This document shows, piece by piece, positions 27,901 to 42,900 of a stretch of DNA of 64,000 nt. The notes beneath the pieces are model-generated. The model saw only the letters and a program-made list of their open reading frames with translations. It did no database searches and was not told the DNA's origin. Source of the stretch: Tubiluchus corallicola (taxonomy: Eukaryota; Animalia; Priapulida). The stretch covers positions 124,001 to 188,000 of the forward strand of contig JAQGDQ010002377.1 of the NCBI GenBank assembly GCA_030141605.1, written 5' to 3'. A program made the translations under genes and the position numbers. How positions within the stretch are numbered: position 1 is the stretch's first letter; each line of letters opens with the position of its first letter.

Positions 27901-30900
27901 TGTGTAAAATTAGTTCATAAGAGTTGGCTTTTTAGTGTATTACTTGACATTACCATATAAGAGCCATAAGTATCAAGCATTTAACATACTTTGCTTTTTT
28001 GTGGCTTAACGCCACTAGACATTTTGCGCGATACAGGTATAGCTTCTTGCTTTAGGTATCTCTTAACTGCCATTCATTTATGACACAAGCTAACTATAAT
28101 AAATGGATAGACTACACAGATAGTGCAATAAGTACTACCTGTAAAGCATTTTGTCAAAGTTCTATAACCTGGCGACAGTTTGTTGCCACTACTTGCATCT
28201 AAAGTTACATTTCATTAAATTTTGCGTTTGTGAATTCTTTGTTAATATGTTGCTTTAAAATTGTCTTATTCTTGTTTTTTAAACATTTTCATATCCTCTG
28301 CATGAATTGCTTTATGCATTTCAAATTTCTTTTCACCAGGTCAAGCAAACAAGTGGATAAAGAACATGGAAAGAGAAAACAAACTTTCCGTCATTAAGCT
28401 CTCTGATCCCAACTACTTGCGAACCTTGGAGAACTGCATTCAGTTTGGGCAGCCTATTCTCTTAGAAAACGTCGGAGAAGAATTAGATCCGATTCTGGAT
28501 CCCTTGCTAAAGAAAGAGACTTTTAAACAGAGTGGGGTTGAGGTATCCTGGTTTTCATAGATTCTTTTCTGATGGATATGTGCATTTGCTCATTTCTGAC
28601 ACGTTATTTGAAAGCTTAAAGGACTTTTTTTCTTACATTAATGCCAGAAAGTTTAACCACATTGTTGCCAAGGTAGTCGATCCAAAACATTATGTGTAGG
28701 AACATTATTTTCGTATTTTTAACATTTCTTATAAATCTATGGATCACTTTTGTAAACTGGCAAACTTTACTTTCAATTTAAGTATGTCAGTATGCAAGAT
28801 ATTAAATCTATTTACTAGGCTTACCTGTTACAGCATATATGGCTGGGTGAAAATTTATTAGAATACTCGGAGGACTTTCGTTTCTACATTACCACTAGGT
28901 TACGCAATCCTCACTATCTTCCTGATGTATCCACGAAGGTAATAAATTAATTCAAAAAAAGGTCGTACGTAGTTAATTATTATAAGTAAATTGTTACAGT
29001 TTCGAGGCTATAGTTATAGCTAGAACTATAGAAGACAACAAGTTTTGTTTGATGTAACTTTGTTTGATCACAATATCGCAGTGAATAATGAAAGCATGGC
29101 AAGGTGTTTTTGCAAGTATAAAAGGCGTGAATCTGTTTTTAATCAATCAGTTAATTCACAAAGCACATGATGTTTTGTTGAATTTGGGTGCCAAAGTTTA
29201 TGGTCATGTGACATTTTGTATGACAGGTTACACTAGTCAATTTCATGATCACACCTCTGGGATTGGAGGATCAACTATTGGGTATCGTGGTCGCAAAAGA
29301 GAAACCAGAGTTAGAGAAAAAGAAGAATGATCTTATCACAAAATCTGCAGAAAACAAAAAGCAGCTTAAGGAAATTGAGGATAAAATCTTGGCTGTTTTA
29401 TTTTCTTCGGAGGTAAGTATATTTTGCAAGCAGGCATGGCTTTACAAGCATACAGTGGTAAAGCAGTTGGTTGAATTTTTTTAATTTCTGTCAGTTGTAT
29501 GATTCGGTATTATTTGTTAATTGATAATGAATGATTTCACATTTTGCGATAGGGCAACATCTTAGAAGACGAAACCGCCGTCCAAGTTTTGTCATCGTCT
29601 AAAACGCTAGCGGAAGAAATTTCTGCAAAACAGGTAATATTCTTTCTCTTTCTTTTTTCACTTTATGTTTTTATGTTTTTTTCAAGTTTATGACAAGCAT
29701 GTGTATTAATGATATTAGAATTTGGTAGTGATGATGTGCAGTCAAATTACTTTTTATACGACAGATTACTTTAGTTCAGCTAAACATACATTTACAGTTC
29801 TGAGTAATATATGCAGTATAACACTATATACAGTAATAATATACATATGTGGAATTTTTAAAAAACAACTCTTTTTTGGCACACCTTGATAGTGCACTAC
29901 ATGGTAGTATCTGGTTATGATGGTGAATTCATTAAATGTGTCATCACTTTGGATCAAGTTTTTATTTATTATTATGCTGAGTATTTATCTTTATTTTAGT
30001 GTTTTAATTTGACAGTCAGGAGTTTTAAATAATAACAATCATGAATTACTTCATATGCTCTTTACACCTAACATTTATATTGTATTTAGTAAACTACAGA
30101 AGGGCCTTAACCAATAACAAGAACTTCAAAGAAAAAGTCCAAACCCGGGCTATATTTTTTTTACTTTTTTCGTCACTTATTAAGTAACAAATCATTATTT
30201 TCCATATGTGATGTTAAATATACATTTTGAGTTGGTGCATTTAGTTCTGGCAGGTAACTGGCGAGTTTCATATGGCGAATACATCATTTGGGGGTTTTTG
30301 GACACAGTTATATTCCTCTAAGATGTCATTTAAATTTTTTATTATATTTATTAATAGCTTATTAGCAACATCCAGTGCTGCGCATTCAAATGTACAATAA
30401 CTTCACTTGCTGATACCTAGGACTTCCAACCAATGACAAAGTCAGTAAAAACTAAAGCTTTATTGTCACTTAAAAGCTTTAAATTGATTACTCATTATGT
30501 GTTTCATTAAAACTTTACAAGGCCATTTGGAACTATATGCAAAAATCTGCTTTTTTATTATTTTGCATACCTATACTGAATTTGATAAATTTGACTAATT
30601 TACTCTGTAAACATTGCTATGAATTAATGCTACATGCAGCCTAACTTAAATCATTTTATGTACTGCGTTTTCTAATATTCTAGCTCATTGCTTCACTGAC
30701 TGAAAAGGAAATTGACGAAACTCGAAATGGATATAAGCCAGTCGCTGTGTATTCTTCTATATTATTTTTCTGCATAACTGATCTCGCTCACATTGAACCA
30801 ATCTACCAGTACTCTCTCACATGGTTTATTGATTTATTTGTAAAGGTATGCATACTTCAAATACTTATTGTAAAATTTCTGTGGAGTGAAAGCCTTGCTT

Positions 30901-33900
30901 TCTAAAATGTAAAAAGTCACCGATCCAGTAATATAGAAAAGTTACTATTTTTTTTCAAAATTCATTTGTCAGGAAAATTTCATGTATTTCATATTGCAAA
31001 TTTTTACAAAATCGAAAGAACATCCCATCCCTTACTATAGGATGATATTTGTATTTTTTAGTTTTGATTTACGATATGTTTATGTATATGTGTCAGTTTA
31101 ACTTATTCTGCTTATGTTTTGTCATATTTATGAAAAAAATCAAAACAATAAGTTCTTAATTTCAGCAATTATTATTATTATTATTTATTATTATTTGTGT
31201 GCCTGCAAACCAAAACTACATTATAAAGCTTCAAAATATAATACCCTAAAATTAGGTCAAATGTCAATTTTTTGTTTTTCCTAAAAACAAATTCTAAGTA
31301 TTGTGGACTTTTATAATCTAGCATCAAATTTTCAAAAAAAAATGGAAAATGTTCAAAAAGCCAAAAATTTGATTTTATAATTATTCTTATTCTTTCTCTG
31401 GCTAAAATCTAGCATTGCAATTGTGAAAACTGTATTTTCGAACTCCGATAATAGCTTATTGTAGCGGTCATTTTGCTTGCGATTTTTTCTGTAGGCAAGC
31501 CCCAATATTTGTCGGGAAGAGCCATCTAGTGGATTTAAACATAACTTCAGTGTGTTCTTGCAAAGTTCGTAACAACCTCACTTTAGTACAATTTATAAGT
31601 GTTTTGTCGAAATGTACCAAAAAAACAATGGCAAACTCTAAGATCAATTTTCTCAAGATCATATTTCTCATTGTGCAGGCTGCACCTCATTTTCGATGTG
31701 GATTATCTCAGCTTGTAAATTATTTGCAGAATGTTTCTTAGCTGTAGAGCCTGTTCTTATTATTGCTGCTGCTACTGTACTGATGGCTTGTTCTGTTATT
31801 GTACTGATTTACTTTGTCATGGGCTATAGATTATAGCTAGGCTCATGCATTTTAGGGCACGTGACATTTGGGCACAGGGACAATTGGGCACGAGACATTT
31901 GGGCACCAGCAAAATTTGATATTGTGCCTATTTTTTATTTTTGTTTATTAAACTTTTAATGATTCACTGTTTTTCTGTCATAATGTTTAATAACACAATC
32001 GAAAACCAGTTAGTTGCCTTCTGCACTTTCTCCACCTTCAGTATAATTACCCTATGTCTAATTTTTAAAATTATCAAAGCATGTCAGGATCATGAATAGT
32101 GAGATTTAGATGTTCATTATTAGCAATGCTTATTTAAATTTGCAAACAGAATAAACCAACTTAGCATTTCCAGTTTGTTTCAAGCGAGCTGATGATATCC
32201 TAATGTTAATGTACACCTATTCATCGTTGAGCGCTTGGTGTGCTTTAAGTTACATTGTTTATACAAACTATACTAGCGGCATATTCGAAATAAAGCAGGT
32301 CAATCAATAAGAAAAAATGGTTAATACATAATTATCACTTTCACGATTAAGCTTCTTCATGGCGCAGGTCTTGTGAAATGTTCAACAGCAGAGTTTTTTA
32401 TACATGGTGAGTGTTTTAGTTATTCTAGTGTCAATTACAGAATCGTATTTTGGAAAATAGTTATTTATTTGTTTACAAAAACTTTAGGTAAATTTAAAAA
32501 ATTAGCATACAAAGAGGCTTCACCTAAAAGGCCAACTGTAGGCATCACGTTTTCCAGCGCGACACACAAATTGTTTTCTTCAAGTCGGCGTGCATTGATT
32601 CTGGTGCCCAAATGGCTGTACCCAATTTTCCCACGGCCAAGCGGCCGCACAAAAATTACTCGATGCCTGTATTTTATAGTCAGTCCACTATTAGCCGATA
32701 ATACTGTTGCCAATTCATTACCAGGTAAAACAAACCCTTGAGAGATCTGTTACAGGCTATTGCATGTCCATTAATTTTCGAATTTGATAAATTTCGAATT
32801 GATAGCCATTAACATTTGATTCACACCTAAATAATGTTACATAGACAAAAGGCTAACCACGGCAAGACCACTAGCTTTACATTTTTATAAGGAAACCAGC
32901 TGGATGTGAAATTAATCATCATAAATCTGTTTTGCCAGTACATTTTATGCTCTTGATCAGGTTGTTAAATCTGCTTCAAAAGTAATAGGAACTGAACAGC
33001 AACCTATAACACAGGGTTGCAAAGAGAGCGCAAGTTATCATTACATGATGAATATCATCCTGGTAATAAATTTTTTGAAATTTTATGACAATAAATTGCT
33101 TACTTACTTACATTCCAGTCAATAATTGACAGCAACAAATCGGAACACTTGGAAGAACGACTAAGGAACCTGAACATGCACTTCACTAACAGTATCTACC
33201 GCAATGTTTGCCGATCTCTGTTTGAAAAAGACAAATTATTGTTTTCGTTTCTTCTTTGCATTGGCATAATGAAAGGAGAGTAAGTAGAATATCAATTCTT
33301 TTATAGTTAAAAACAAAACACTACTTTATTAAAACTTTTACATTAAAAAGTTAAAATTATGCAAAACATTTTGACAGGCTGCTGCTGTCATCATCAGTGG
33401 TAAATTTACAAACGTACAACCAGTTTATATAGGCAGAGCCTATTGTGCACTAATTAAGTAGTTAAAAGAAGCCAAATAGGTAATGAATAGGTAATAAATT
33501 CTTTTAATGTGATTTGTATGACATGTCAGCTAGTGCATTTTGGCATGGATTTAGAAACAAAAGAAAAAGTGGTTTATCGTTAAAAAAGCAATACAACAGC
33601 TACTGTTGAAAAGTAGCATTCTTTCACCTGGAAAATACTTTAGTTATGTTCAGGGGCGTTGTGCACCAAAAAAAATTGGGGGGGGGGGGGGGCGACTGTA
33701 TATAATGGCGGAACTTAAATGTTTAAAAAACGTATAATTTTGAATTCCCACACAGTATTTTGCGTGCAAGAAAAACGATTTATTAATTCCCAACTGGCAT
33801 TTAACTTAAAGCTATAGCAACGGAAACTTAATTAAAATTAAAAATTTAATTAAAATTTAATTAAGTATTTATTAGCTGTCAGGAATCCAAAGATTTGGCG

Positions 33901-36900
33901 AAAAGATCTAGTAGGAGAAAAATGATGAAATGTGCTCAAAATCACGCCCTTTTATGCAGCAAACTTGTGGGAAAGAGTCGCTAAGGAGTAGCAAAGAGTC
34001 GGTAATGTCCAATCAGGAGGTGGCTCATCAATTTGTATCTCGCAAACCGACTCTCTGGTACTAGGCTAGCTCGACAAACTGACTCTCTGGTATTAGGCTA
34101 ACTCAACATGACTTCAATGTTTGCATTCTTTTTGCTCTATTATTTCCACTTGCTCACTATTATAACACACTGCTGAACGAAGCTCGAGTGCTAACTGAGC
34201 CGTTTTAACTAACAGTCTAACTGCAAAGACGCTAATGCTACTCAACGAGCTGCTTTGTTAACTGTTCCTGCCTGCCTCCTGAATAGATTACATGCAAACA
34301 AATTAACTACATCCTGACTTTCAGGTAAACACATCTGGTCAGGCACGTATTAACAGTCAGAATAATTTAACTCGGCGACAAACTTTAATGATAAAAAATA
34401 TTTTTGGGCTACTGTACCGAAATGCTCATACTGTTCGCATTTATGGAGCGCTGGCCCGCTATTGTGTGTCAAAAAGTTGGAAATAAATTTGCTTACCGTT
34501 TGCCATTTTGACATTTTCTAAAAAATTGGGGGGGGGGGCGGGCCCCTATAGCACGACACCACTGGTTACGTTTCAGCTAATCTACCCATATGCTGTTTTT
34601 AGATTGTTGCTGTTTGGTTTCATTCTGAGTGTACACTGATGCTATGCTTTTACTTGTACCTTTTACTACAATCATAGCAGATGTTCATATTTGTATATTT
34701 ATTTATATTTATTATATTTATTTATTCGCATTTATATTAAGCAGTATTTTAACGTATAAGCTAGTGGTGAATGTTTTGCATATTTTTATGATTTATAGGT
34801 CTAATTACATTATAATTTTTTAGTGTTTTAGCTAAATATTTCTAATTGAACCAGCGCCTTTGACAAAAAATTTTATTGAAAGAGCACATTATAAATAAGT
34901 GTATTATTATTATTTATTATTATATGAGTAAAGGAGACTAGTGTTTTAAGCTGTCTAACAATGTATGTGTGATGCCATACTTGTGCCTCACACATATCAC
35001 ATATCTACATACACATAGTAGAGCTAACTAGACTTTTGTGGCTCTAGTTAGTATTACAGTTAATATTAACACATCAGTGTTATTTGATATTTATATGTTA
35101 TGGTTGCCCTTCATTAACGAAGACGATGATCCCAAAGATAGTAGGAATAACCTGTGCAAAGATTTGATTTAAGTGATCCTGATGTGCAAGAACCTCAGTC
35201 GCACATGCTTCGGAATCCAAGCATTCATCCGATGGCAAGAGATAGCCAAGACGATCGGGATGCTAGGATTTCTGAAGTGAGCTGCCAATACTCAGATCCT
35301 TTAGAGCCCGCCTTTGTCCGCCTGCCCGCCATGCATATCCTTCCTTCGCCTTCACAATTGAATTCAACGAGCAAGTCCAATTTCACCTGATCAGCCGTTG
35401 AGGGTTCACTATTTAACCCATGGTTGGGACATGATTGGTGAGTGGCAGAGCATGTCCACACACTGGTGGGTCATGCACTCTGCACCTCTGGGGCTCATGT
35501 TGCTCGGAGATCTCCTATAATTTAACCTGGAGTATTTATACAAATATTGCCTTATTTACAAAAAAAAATTAATTGTTCTTCACTTATTTCATTTATTGCA
35601 GTCTGAAGATGAGTTAGGTCATTAGGTTATTAACCCAAAATCTAACTAAAGCATAAAATGCCATAATAAAGATTTTTTAATCAGGAGATTAAATCCTTTG
35701 ATTTATAAGACACTAATGAATACATTAAACTTGCTTACTCCAATTCCAAATACCTAAGTGTTTTATCATTGTAGCATAAGACATAAAAATTCTGATTAAG
35801 AAAAGCTGGATCAGAATTTTCAAAAAATCCTTGGACTGATTCTAAAGAACAGCAATTTTTTAACGTTTTTTCACTCCTTTGATTTTCGAGAGGTGAGATA
35901 AATGATGACACGTGGAGATTTCTTCTAACTGGTGGAGTAGCACTGGAGAATCCGTATCCAAATCCAGCTTCTGATTGGCTTACAGACAAATCTTGGTCGG
36001 AAATCGTCCGCGCTTCAAAATTGAAGTCACTGAATGGGTTTATGAAACGTAACTTATCTTTTTAAAATTGTGCTCGAAACATGCTGTTTTTAGTGTTTAA
36101 AAATGTTCTGCTTTAGAAATTATACCTGAACAACTTATAACTGTACTTGCAGTTGTAGCAGTTAAAATTTCATCTACTGTTAAAACTAAGACGTGTAGCC
36201 TTATGGCCACACCATAACTTGGTGCACTAAACCATGTATGATTTTGCAATTTAAAAAAAAATCTTTCATTTAAATCGCAGTATCTTGTATTGTATATGTA
36301 TATTTCTATAAAATATATTGATACGTCAAATATCAGATGTTGTGGAGAATCTGAAAGAGTGGAAACGGGTATATGATTCCACATCACCCAGCAAAGAAAC
36401 CTATCCCGGTGAATGGAACAACTTGACAGATTTAGATCGCATGGTTGTCCTTCGCTGCTTAAGGCCAGATAAAATTGTTCCAGCAGTTCAGGTAAGAACC
36501 CCAATTTTGACTTTAAAACGTAATTTAATTTTACCTTTGGTATATTAAATGAAATGATTAAATGAAATTACTTTAGATGAGATTAAAATATAATAAATTG
36601 CTAATATAGGTAGGTTATCTTGTAAGCAATGAAACTACTTTATGTATCTAGTGTATTTGTTTTTCACCATTAACTTAGGGTGCTGCAATTGAAGATAGTC
36701 TGCCATAATTAACAGTCAGTTACAACCAGGTGACTTTATAGCACATCTTATTGAAAAAAACGTCAGTAAAAAGGAATGTTTATTTATGTCACACTAAAGT
36801 CTAAATGTTTACTGGTTTTTCTAAGTACTAAACAATTTCTTTTGTAGATTAAACTAGCGTATAAGTAGTTTTTGGTCTTGCCAAATTTGTCGGCTTCTAT

Positions 36901-39900
36901 TGGTGTCGCATTTAAAGAAATTGAATGTGAAGCGAATTTAATGCTTAATGCTGTTTTGCTACCAATATGAGGAAACGTGCTTAATTAACTCTATGATTCT
37001 CAGTCTGATAACACGCATGTCAACTGTAGTACAGAGTTAGAACAAGTGCTAATTAATTGTTTTAAAGGTGTGGATATATTGGTCTGACTTCTAAGTTTGA
37101 CTGAGTGATTCAAATTTGGCAAAATTATAAGTTAATAGAAAAAAAGTGAAGCAAACAATTTAGAAACTCATTCTATCTAATTATTAAAGCACTTTTCCTT
37201 GGATACTTTTACTGTAATCAGTAGCTTACTGCAACCCAGCAATCTAGACTCTAGATAGCATCAGCAGATTAATCAGTTTTCTGTAATTAGTAGTTAACCT
37301 ACCACAGCCCAGTACTCTAGAACCTAGACAGTATCAGCTATTAAACCAACTTTCTGTAATCAGTAGCTAACTCACCACAACCCAGCAGTCTAGACTCTAG
37401 ACAATATCAGCTGATAAATCAGTTCATGGAAATCAGTAGCTAACCTACCACATACAGCCGTGCAGTCTATATTCTATAAGTAGCAGCAGTTTACTGTAAT
37501 CAGCAGCTAACCCACCCCAGCCCAGCAGTCTAGATTATAGATCAGCAGATAAACCAATTTACGGGTAATAAGTAGAAATAGTCTGTTGTATACGAAGTTC
37601 TTTATAACAGGGTTTGTTATATTGAAGGTTTGCTGTAGTAAGCTGATGAGCAGTGAGCTCAGACTTAAATTATGCAATTAAAACTATGTGTAAATAAATG
37701 CAATATACATTTTCAGGCGTTCATTACAGACCATCTTGGTGCTTCTTATATAGAGCCGCCGACCTTTGACCTCATGGGTTCATATAACGACTCACACTGC
37801 TGCAGTCCACTAATTTTCATTTTATCACCAGGAGCCGATCCTATGATTGGTTTACTTAAGTTTGCCACTGACTTAGGTTTCTATGAGAATCGTATACAAA
37901 GAATATCACTTGGCCAGGGTCAGGTAAGTTGGTTATCATTATTTATTATTACTAGGTTGTAGGGCATTACCTGTACTTTAAAATTATTTAAAGAGATGTA
38001 AACGGAACGAACTCAAATGTAAACAAAATCAACATGCGGCAAATGAAATCATTCTTTGACAGTCCATAAACACAGCTACTTGGTTTAAAGTGCATTTTAT
38101 CAGTATGATAATGAATAGAATAAATACATACATACATGATCATTAACAATTATGGAACAGCACTAAGTGATCAGCTAACAGTTTTATATGCAACCTACAT
38201 AAAAGCCTTTCACGTGAAGTCAGTCACGACATTTAACGTGAAGAAGTACAATAGATTGGTGAGACAATACATACAAGTTTTTGATAAAACTAAAATTGTA
38301 ATAGCCACTTACAAGAGAAAAATACAAAAAAAGGAGAAAGAATGGTGAGAATTATAATGGCACATTCAGTCTATCTGTATGTCTTTCGCCAGCTTTTCTA
38401 AGCCCTGAGTAATTTAAGAAGTTGATACTTGACGTACTGGTACAGCAAATCGTACTAATTTTTGGGTCAATCTGCTCATATTTGGATTTTTTATAAATGT
38501 TAAATATCAGCGTGTAACAATTCGCGCTGCAATCTGCCGACACAATCAAACGATTACTCAGTAGGAAAAAATCAACTAACAACAAAATTACCTGTGTCCA
38601 AATGTCCCATGTGTCCAAATGTCCTCATGTCCAAATGTCTTATGTGTCGAAATATCCTGTTTCGAAAACGCCTAGTACCTATTTGTACAAATATAGCCCT
38701 ATGCAGATTGCAGACTGTGAAGTTGCATATGGCATATAGACACACAATACACCCAAAACACAATATTTTTCACATGCTGTAACTTGTAGATTGCTGAGTT
38801 CTCTAGACTGTAATGTTGTCCATTGTCTAGGACTTTTTGTACATTCCTGTCACTGTTTTGTATCATATGCATATTAGCATGGATGCCATTAATTGCTTGT
38901 GGAAATATTACATTTGTTAAAGAATTCAGTGTGTAAATACGAAGTTTCTTGACTTTCAGTCTTTTCTACATCCTTATTTGTTGTTAATATAATGGATAAA
39001 AATCTGTGAAGTGACTTTTTTAGAGCATTACATTAACATAGCTTCTAGCAAGAGACAAAGTCCCACCAACCAGCTGCTGCTAAGCAAGCAAATGAGCATT
39101 TAGTATAGGCACTTAGTTCGCAATAAATTTTGTGCTAGAATCTTAGATTATACTGCCGATTATAATGTTGTTATATGTGCTGGTTCTCTGATTATTTAGA
39201 CAAATTTCTATAAATCAGTTCTGTGCATTTATCAGATCTTGGTGAGGTATCGATAGCTCAGTCTTTCCCTCGATCTTGTAATTTTATTAGAGCCAAAATA
39301 TTGCAAGCACCGACTCACAGTGATTTCTAAACTATAAGTGACCCGGATATCTATAAACCGAATTTGTGACTTTAATTCGGCATTTTCTCAATTAGATCAC
39401 AAAATAAAAAATTTGTCATCTAACAACAGAATTACACTAATAATATGTAATCAACTAATAAATCATAGTTAATGATTTTATATGTTATTATTAATAAAAC
39501 ATTGAAAAGGAGCTAATACCTCGAATTGTAATATGTAAACTGACAACCATAGCAGGTTTTTCGGTGTTGTGATTGCTACATTTCAATAATTATTAATCCT
39601 ACACAATTAATTAACTTGGTTTACTAGAAATACTTTTGGTTCTATATCTATACTGATGATTATGTCAATTTATAGGGTCCTATTGCAACCGACATGATTA
39701 ACCGAGCAATAACCGATGGCTCATGGGTTATATTGCAAAATTGTCACTTGGCTACCAGCTGGTTACCCAAACTAGAAAGAATTTGTGAAGAGGTTTATAT
39801 TTTTTTTATTATTTACTCTTTTTCATTAGCACATATTGAATTATGGTTTACATTGATTGCATTTGCCACACGGTATTTTTGTAATGAAATTTCTAATCAT

Positions 39901-42900
39901 TGTGTAAGATTCTTTAACTCAGGGATCAGACATGTACAACAAATAATTTAAACTGCCAAATTAGTTAGTTAATATTATATATGCTCACACACTCATGCAC
40001 ACACACACATTCATTGAAAAAGAATATAAACATAAATGTTATTGTTGTTTTACTGTGCCTATTTAACTATGTAGTATACAATTACTAGTGCATTTATTGA
40101 ACTCTTTGAGTAACTTATTCAAAACAATCTCATATTCCAAGCAAGGTTGGAATACAAATACCAAGTTACTTAATAATTAGATTATATTTGTTATATCCTT
40201 CCAGTTTGAGGTAGAGGTATATAGAATGCAAAGTAATTGTTCAGTTATTGTGTGGTAAATGCATTGTAAATATGGTATCTGGTACTCCGAAATGCCAATA
40301 AAAAAATCTGCTAATTGTATATTATAATTATGTTTTGTGCTACCTATGTTTTTATTAAACACTTAATTATCACAGGTTTAAGTTAAAAAACTAATAAATT
40401 TTTAAATCTTGTCCTTGTGCCATTTTTTGCTGTGGCTGGACGTTGTACTTAGATTTTTTCTTTAGTAATTGCAGTGAATAGTGTAAAATTTGGTGACATA
40501 ATGTCAAATATTTTAACATAAGGATATTACAGCTATCCCGTGTATAGCTACAACTATTGTTAGCAGTACCATCGGGGTAATTTCCTAAATTAATGCAAAA
40601 CTGTTAGGCTTACATTAGGATCTTACAGTCAAAGTCCGTGCCTGATTATTGGCACAGAATAAATTGTCTTAAGCGAATTATCACATGCAAATTTTTTTTC
40701 ATTCAAGAATTATGTTGTTATAGCAAAAATAAGTCATTCTAATCATCACCCAAATCATGCTAAAAGGTCCATGCACAGAAATATGGAGACCTACCCTGGT
40801 AAGATTTACTTTCTGATGTACACTTTCCAACTACTAATACATAGGTTGGCCATTTTAAAGATTAAAGAAAATATGTGAAAATAGATACTTTTACCATAAC
40901 CACAGAAGCTTGCAGCTGATGCCAGTCGTAGCTACTTAAAATACCAGAATTTAAGTTCAAACTCCAGAGAATAAAATGTTTATTTTTGCTTTTACTTTAA
41001 ATGGTGGGTAAACTCATCCCTAGAGTTTAAACTAGGAGATGTCTATCAATAAAAATAGTGTTCTGTAATCTTTGTCTTCAAATGCTGGTCAGTACGCCCT
41101 ACAGAACATGCCTGACACAAAAGGTTATAGACAACTGTTGCAGTTCGTATCACGTTGATTCTATGACTTCAACTCAGAAAATCTGATTTTGCGTAAACAA
41201 CAGTAAAAGCTACATGTATACCAGGAACAAGTTGCCTAACCTTCCCGTTGAACTGGTCGGTAAGATGCCCATGATACAGCAGCTTCAACCATTTTTGCTG
41301 TGGTTCTTTTTATTCAGAATAAAATTTGTTATAGCAAGAACGGCAGTCAATTAGACTGCATTAGTACTGTTATTTTATTGTTGCTCTTAATAGAACTTGT
41401 TATAGCAGGAACGAATCAACGAGACGGCACTACTACTGCTATTTTGTTGTTTTGTAGACTATCAGACCAGAAATAACTCACAGCGACTTCCGTTTGTGGC
41501 TGACGACTTATCCATCTGATCAGTTTCCCGTTTCTACCTTGCAAAATGGTGTCAAGATGACGAATGAACCCCCAAAAAGTTTGCGAGCAAATTTGTTGAG
41601 ATCTTACCTAAATGATCCTGTATCTGATATGAGGTTCTTCAACACTTGTGAGCAACCAGAGGTGGATGTGCACATTTGTAAAACTTTAATTTTTTTTAAA
41701 TACAATGACTGCAGATACAACTATAGTCAAACCTTGTTATAAGCCTTCCTTTTATAATTCAAACCTCGCTTAATGCCCAAATTTTTAGCAAAACAAAATG
41801 TCTATATTTGCATACACATGTATGTATTAATGCACTTTGTTGTAATGCCAAACTCGCCATAACGTCATCTTTTTGAGATCGAAAGCAGGCGATATAAGGA
41901 GATTGACTATATGCATATTTACTATATGCCAGTTTTCTAACAAATTCTGCAATTCATCAATAGTGCCGTATGAACAGCCAATAACAGATATCAGACATTA
42001 TGTTTATTGTTTTTAGGAATCACTAAATGGTGTGTAGTGTTAAGAATCTACATGTATGTGTGCTTAATTTCATTAGTAATAATTCATTATAATTTGCAAT
42101 TTCTGTTGGCGTATAAAAAACAAATATTGCCTAGTTGTTTTGGACAGCAATGCATTTCTCACTTTCATGAACAATAGCCCTTCAGACTTACAAGCAGGGC
42201 CAGATTATGACCTTTTGGGGCCCCTAGGCTAATGAAATTATGGTGTCTCCTCAGATGGGGCCAGGGCCCTTAATCTCAAATAAGAGGCTACTTGTTTTAA
42301 AAATTGTGTTTTTAGACTCCCGAACCTCCTTTTTTTAAAGTTGAAGTTTTATTTTAAATTAAAGGAATTATTCAGCAATGCAAAATATTAAAATATGTTA
42401 CTCATTTTTTTTTAAAAAAAATATTTGAAAATTTTTTACTAGAGCCCTCAAGCTTGGGGCCCTATAGGCTGCAGCCTGTACTGGCTTATAGGATAATGTG
42501 TCCCTGCTTACAAGACTAAGATACTTCCAAACGATCAAGCTATAGTAACAAAATTAATTTTTGAAAGAGTCTTACTCTTATGCATTTACAACAAGAAATG
42601 AGAACTATTGAACATGTACACTTAAAAATTTATAAGTAATATTTTTAACTTATACGTCTATGGCTGGTGTACTTTTAAAATATTAGTTGTAATGTAAAAA
42701 GCATTACATGGACTGGCCCCAGCTTACTGAGCTAAGTGTCTGCCATTTCGTGTTTATAACAGGAGCATACGAGCTAGGAAAGCAAATGAATGAATTAAAA
42801 CTTGTTGCACCTTAACAAAAAAGTCTTAAGGACAACAAAAAGAAAGTCGTTGCTGATTTAAGATTTGTAAGCATTGCACCAAAGTGCTGGAATAAGCTAC

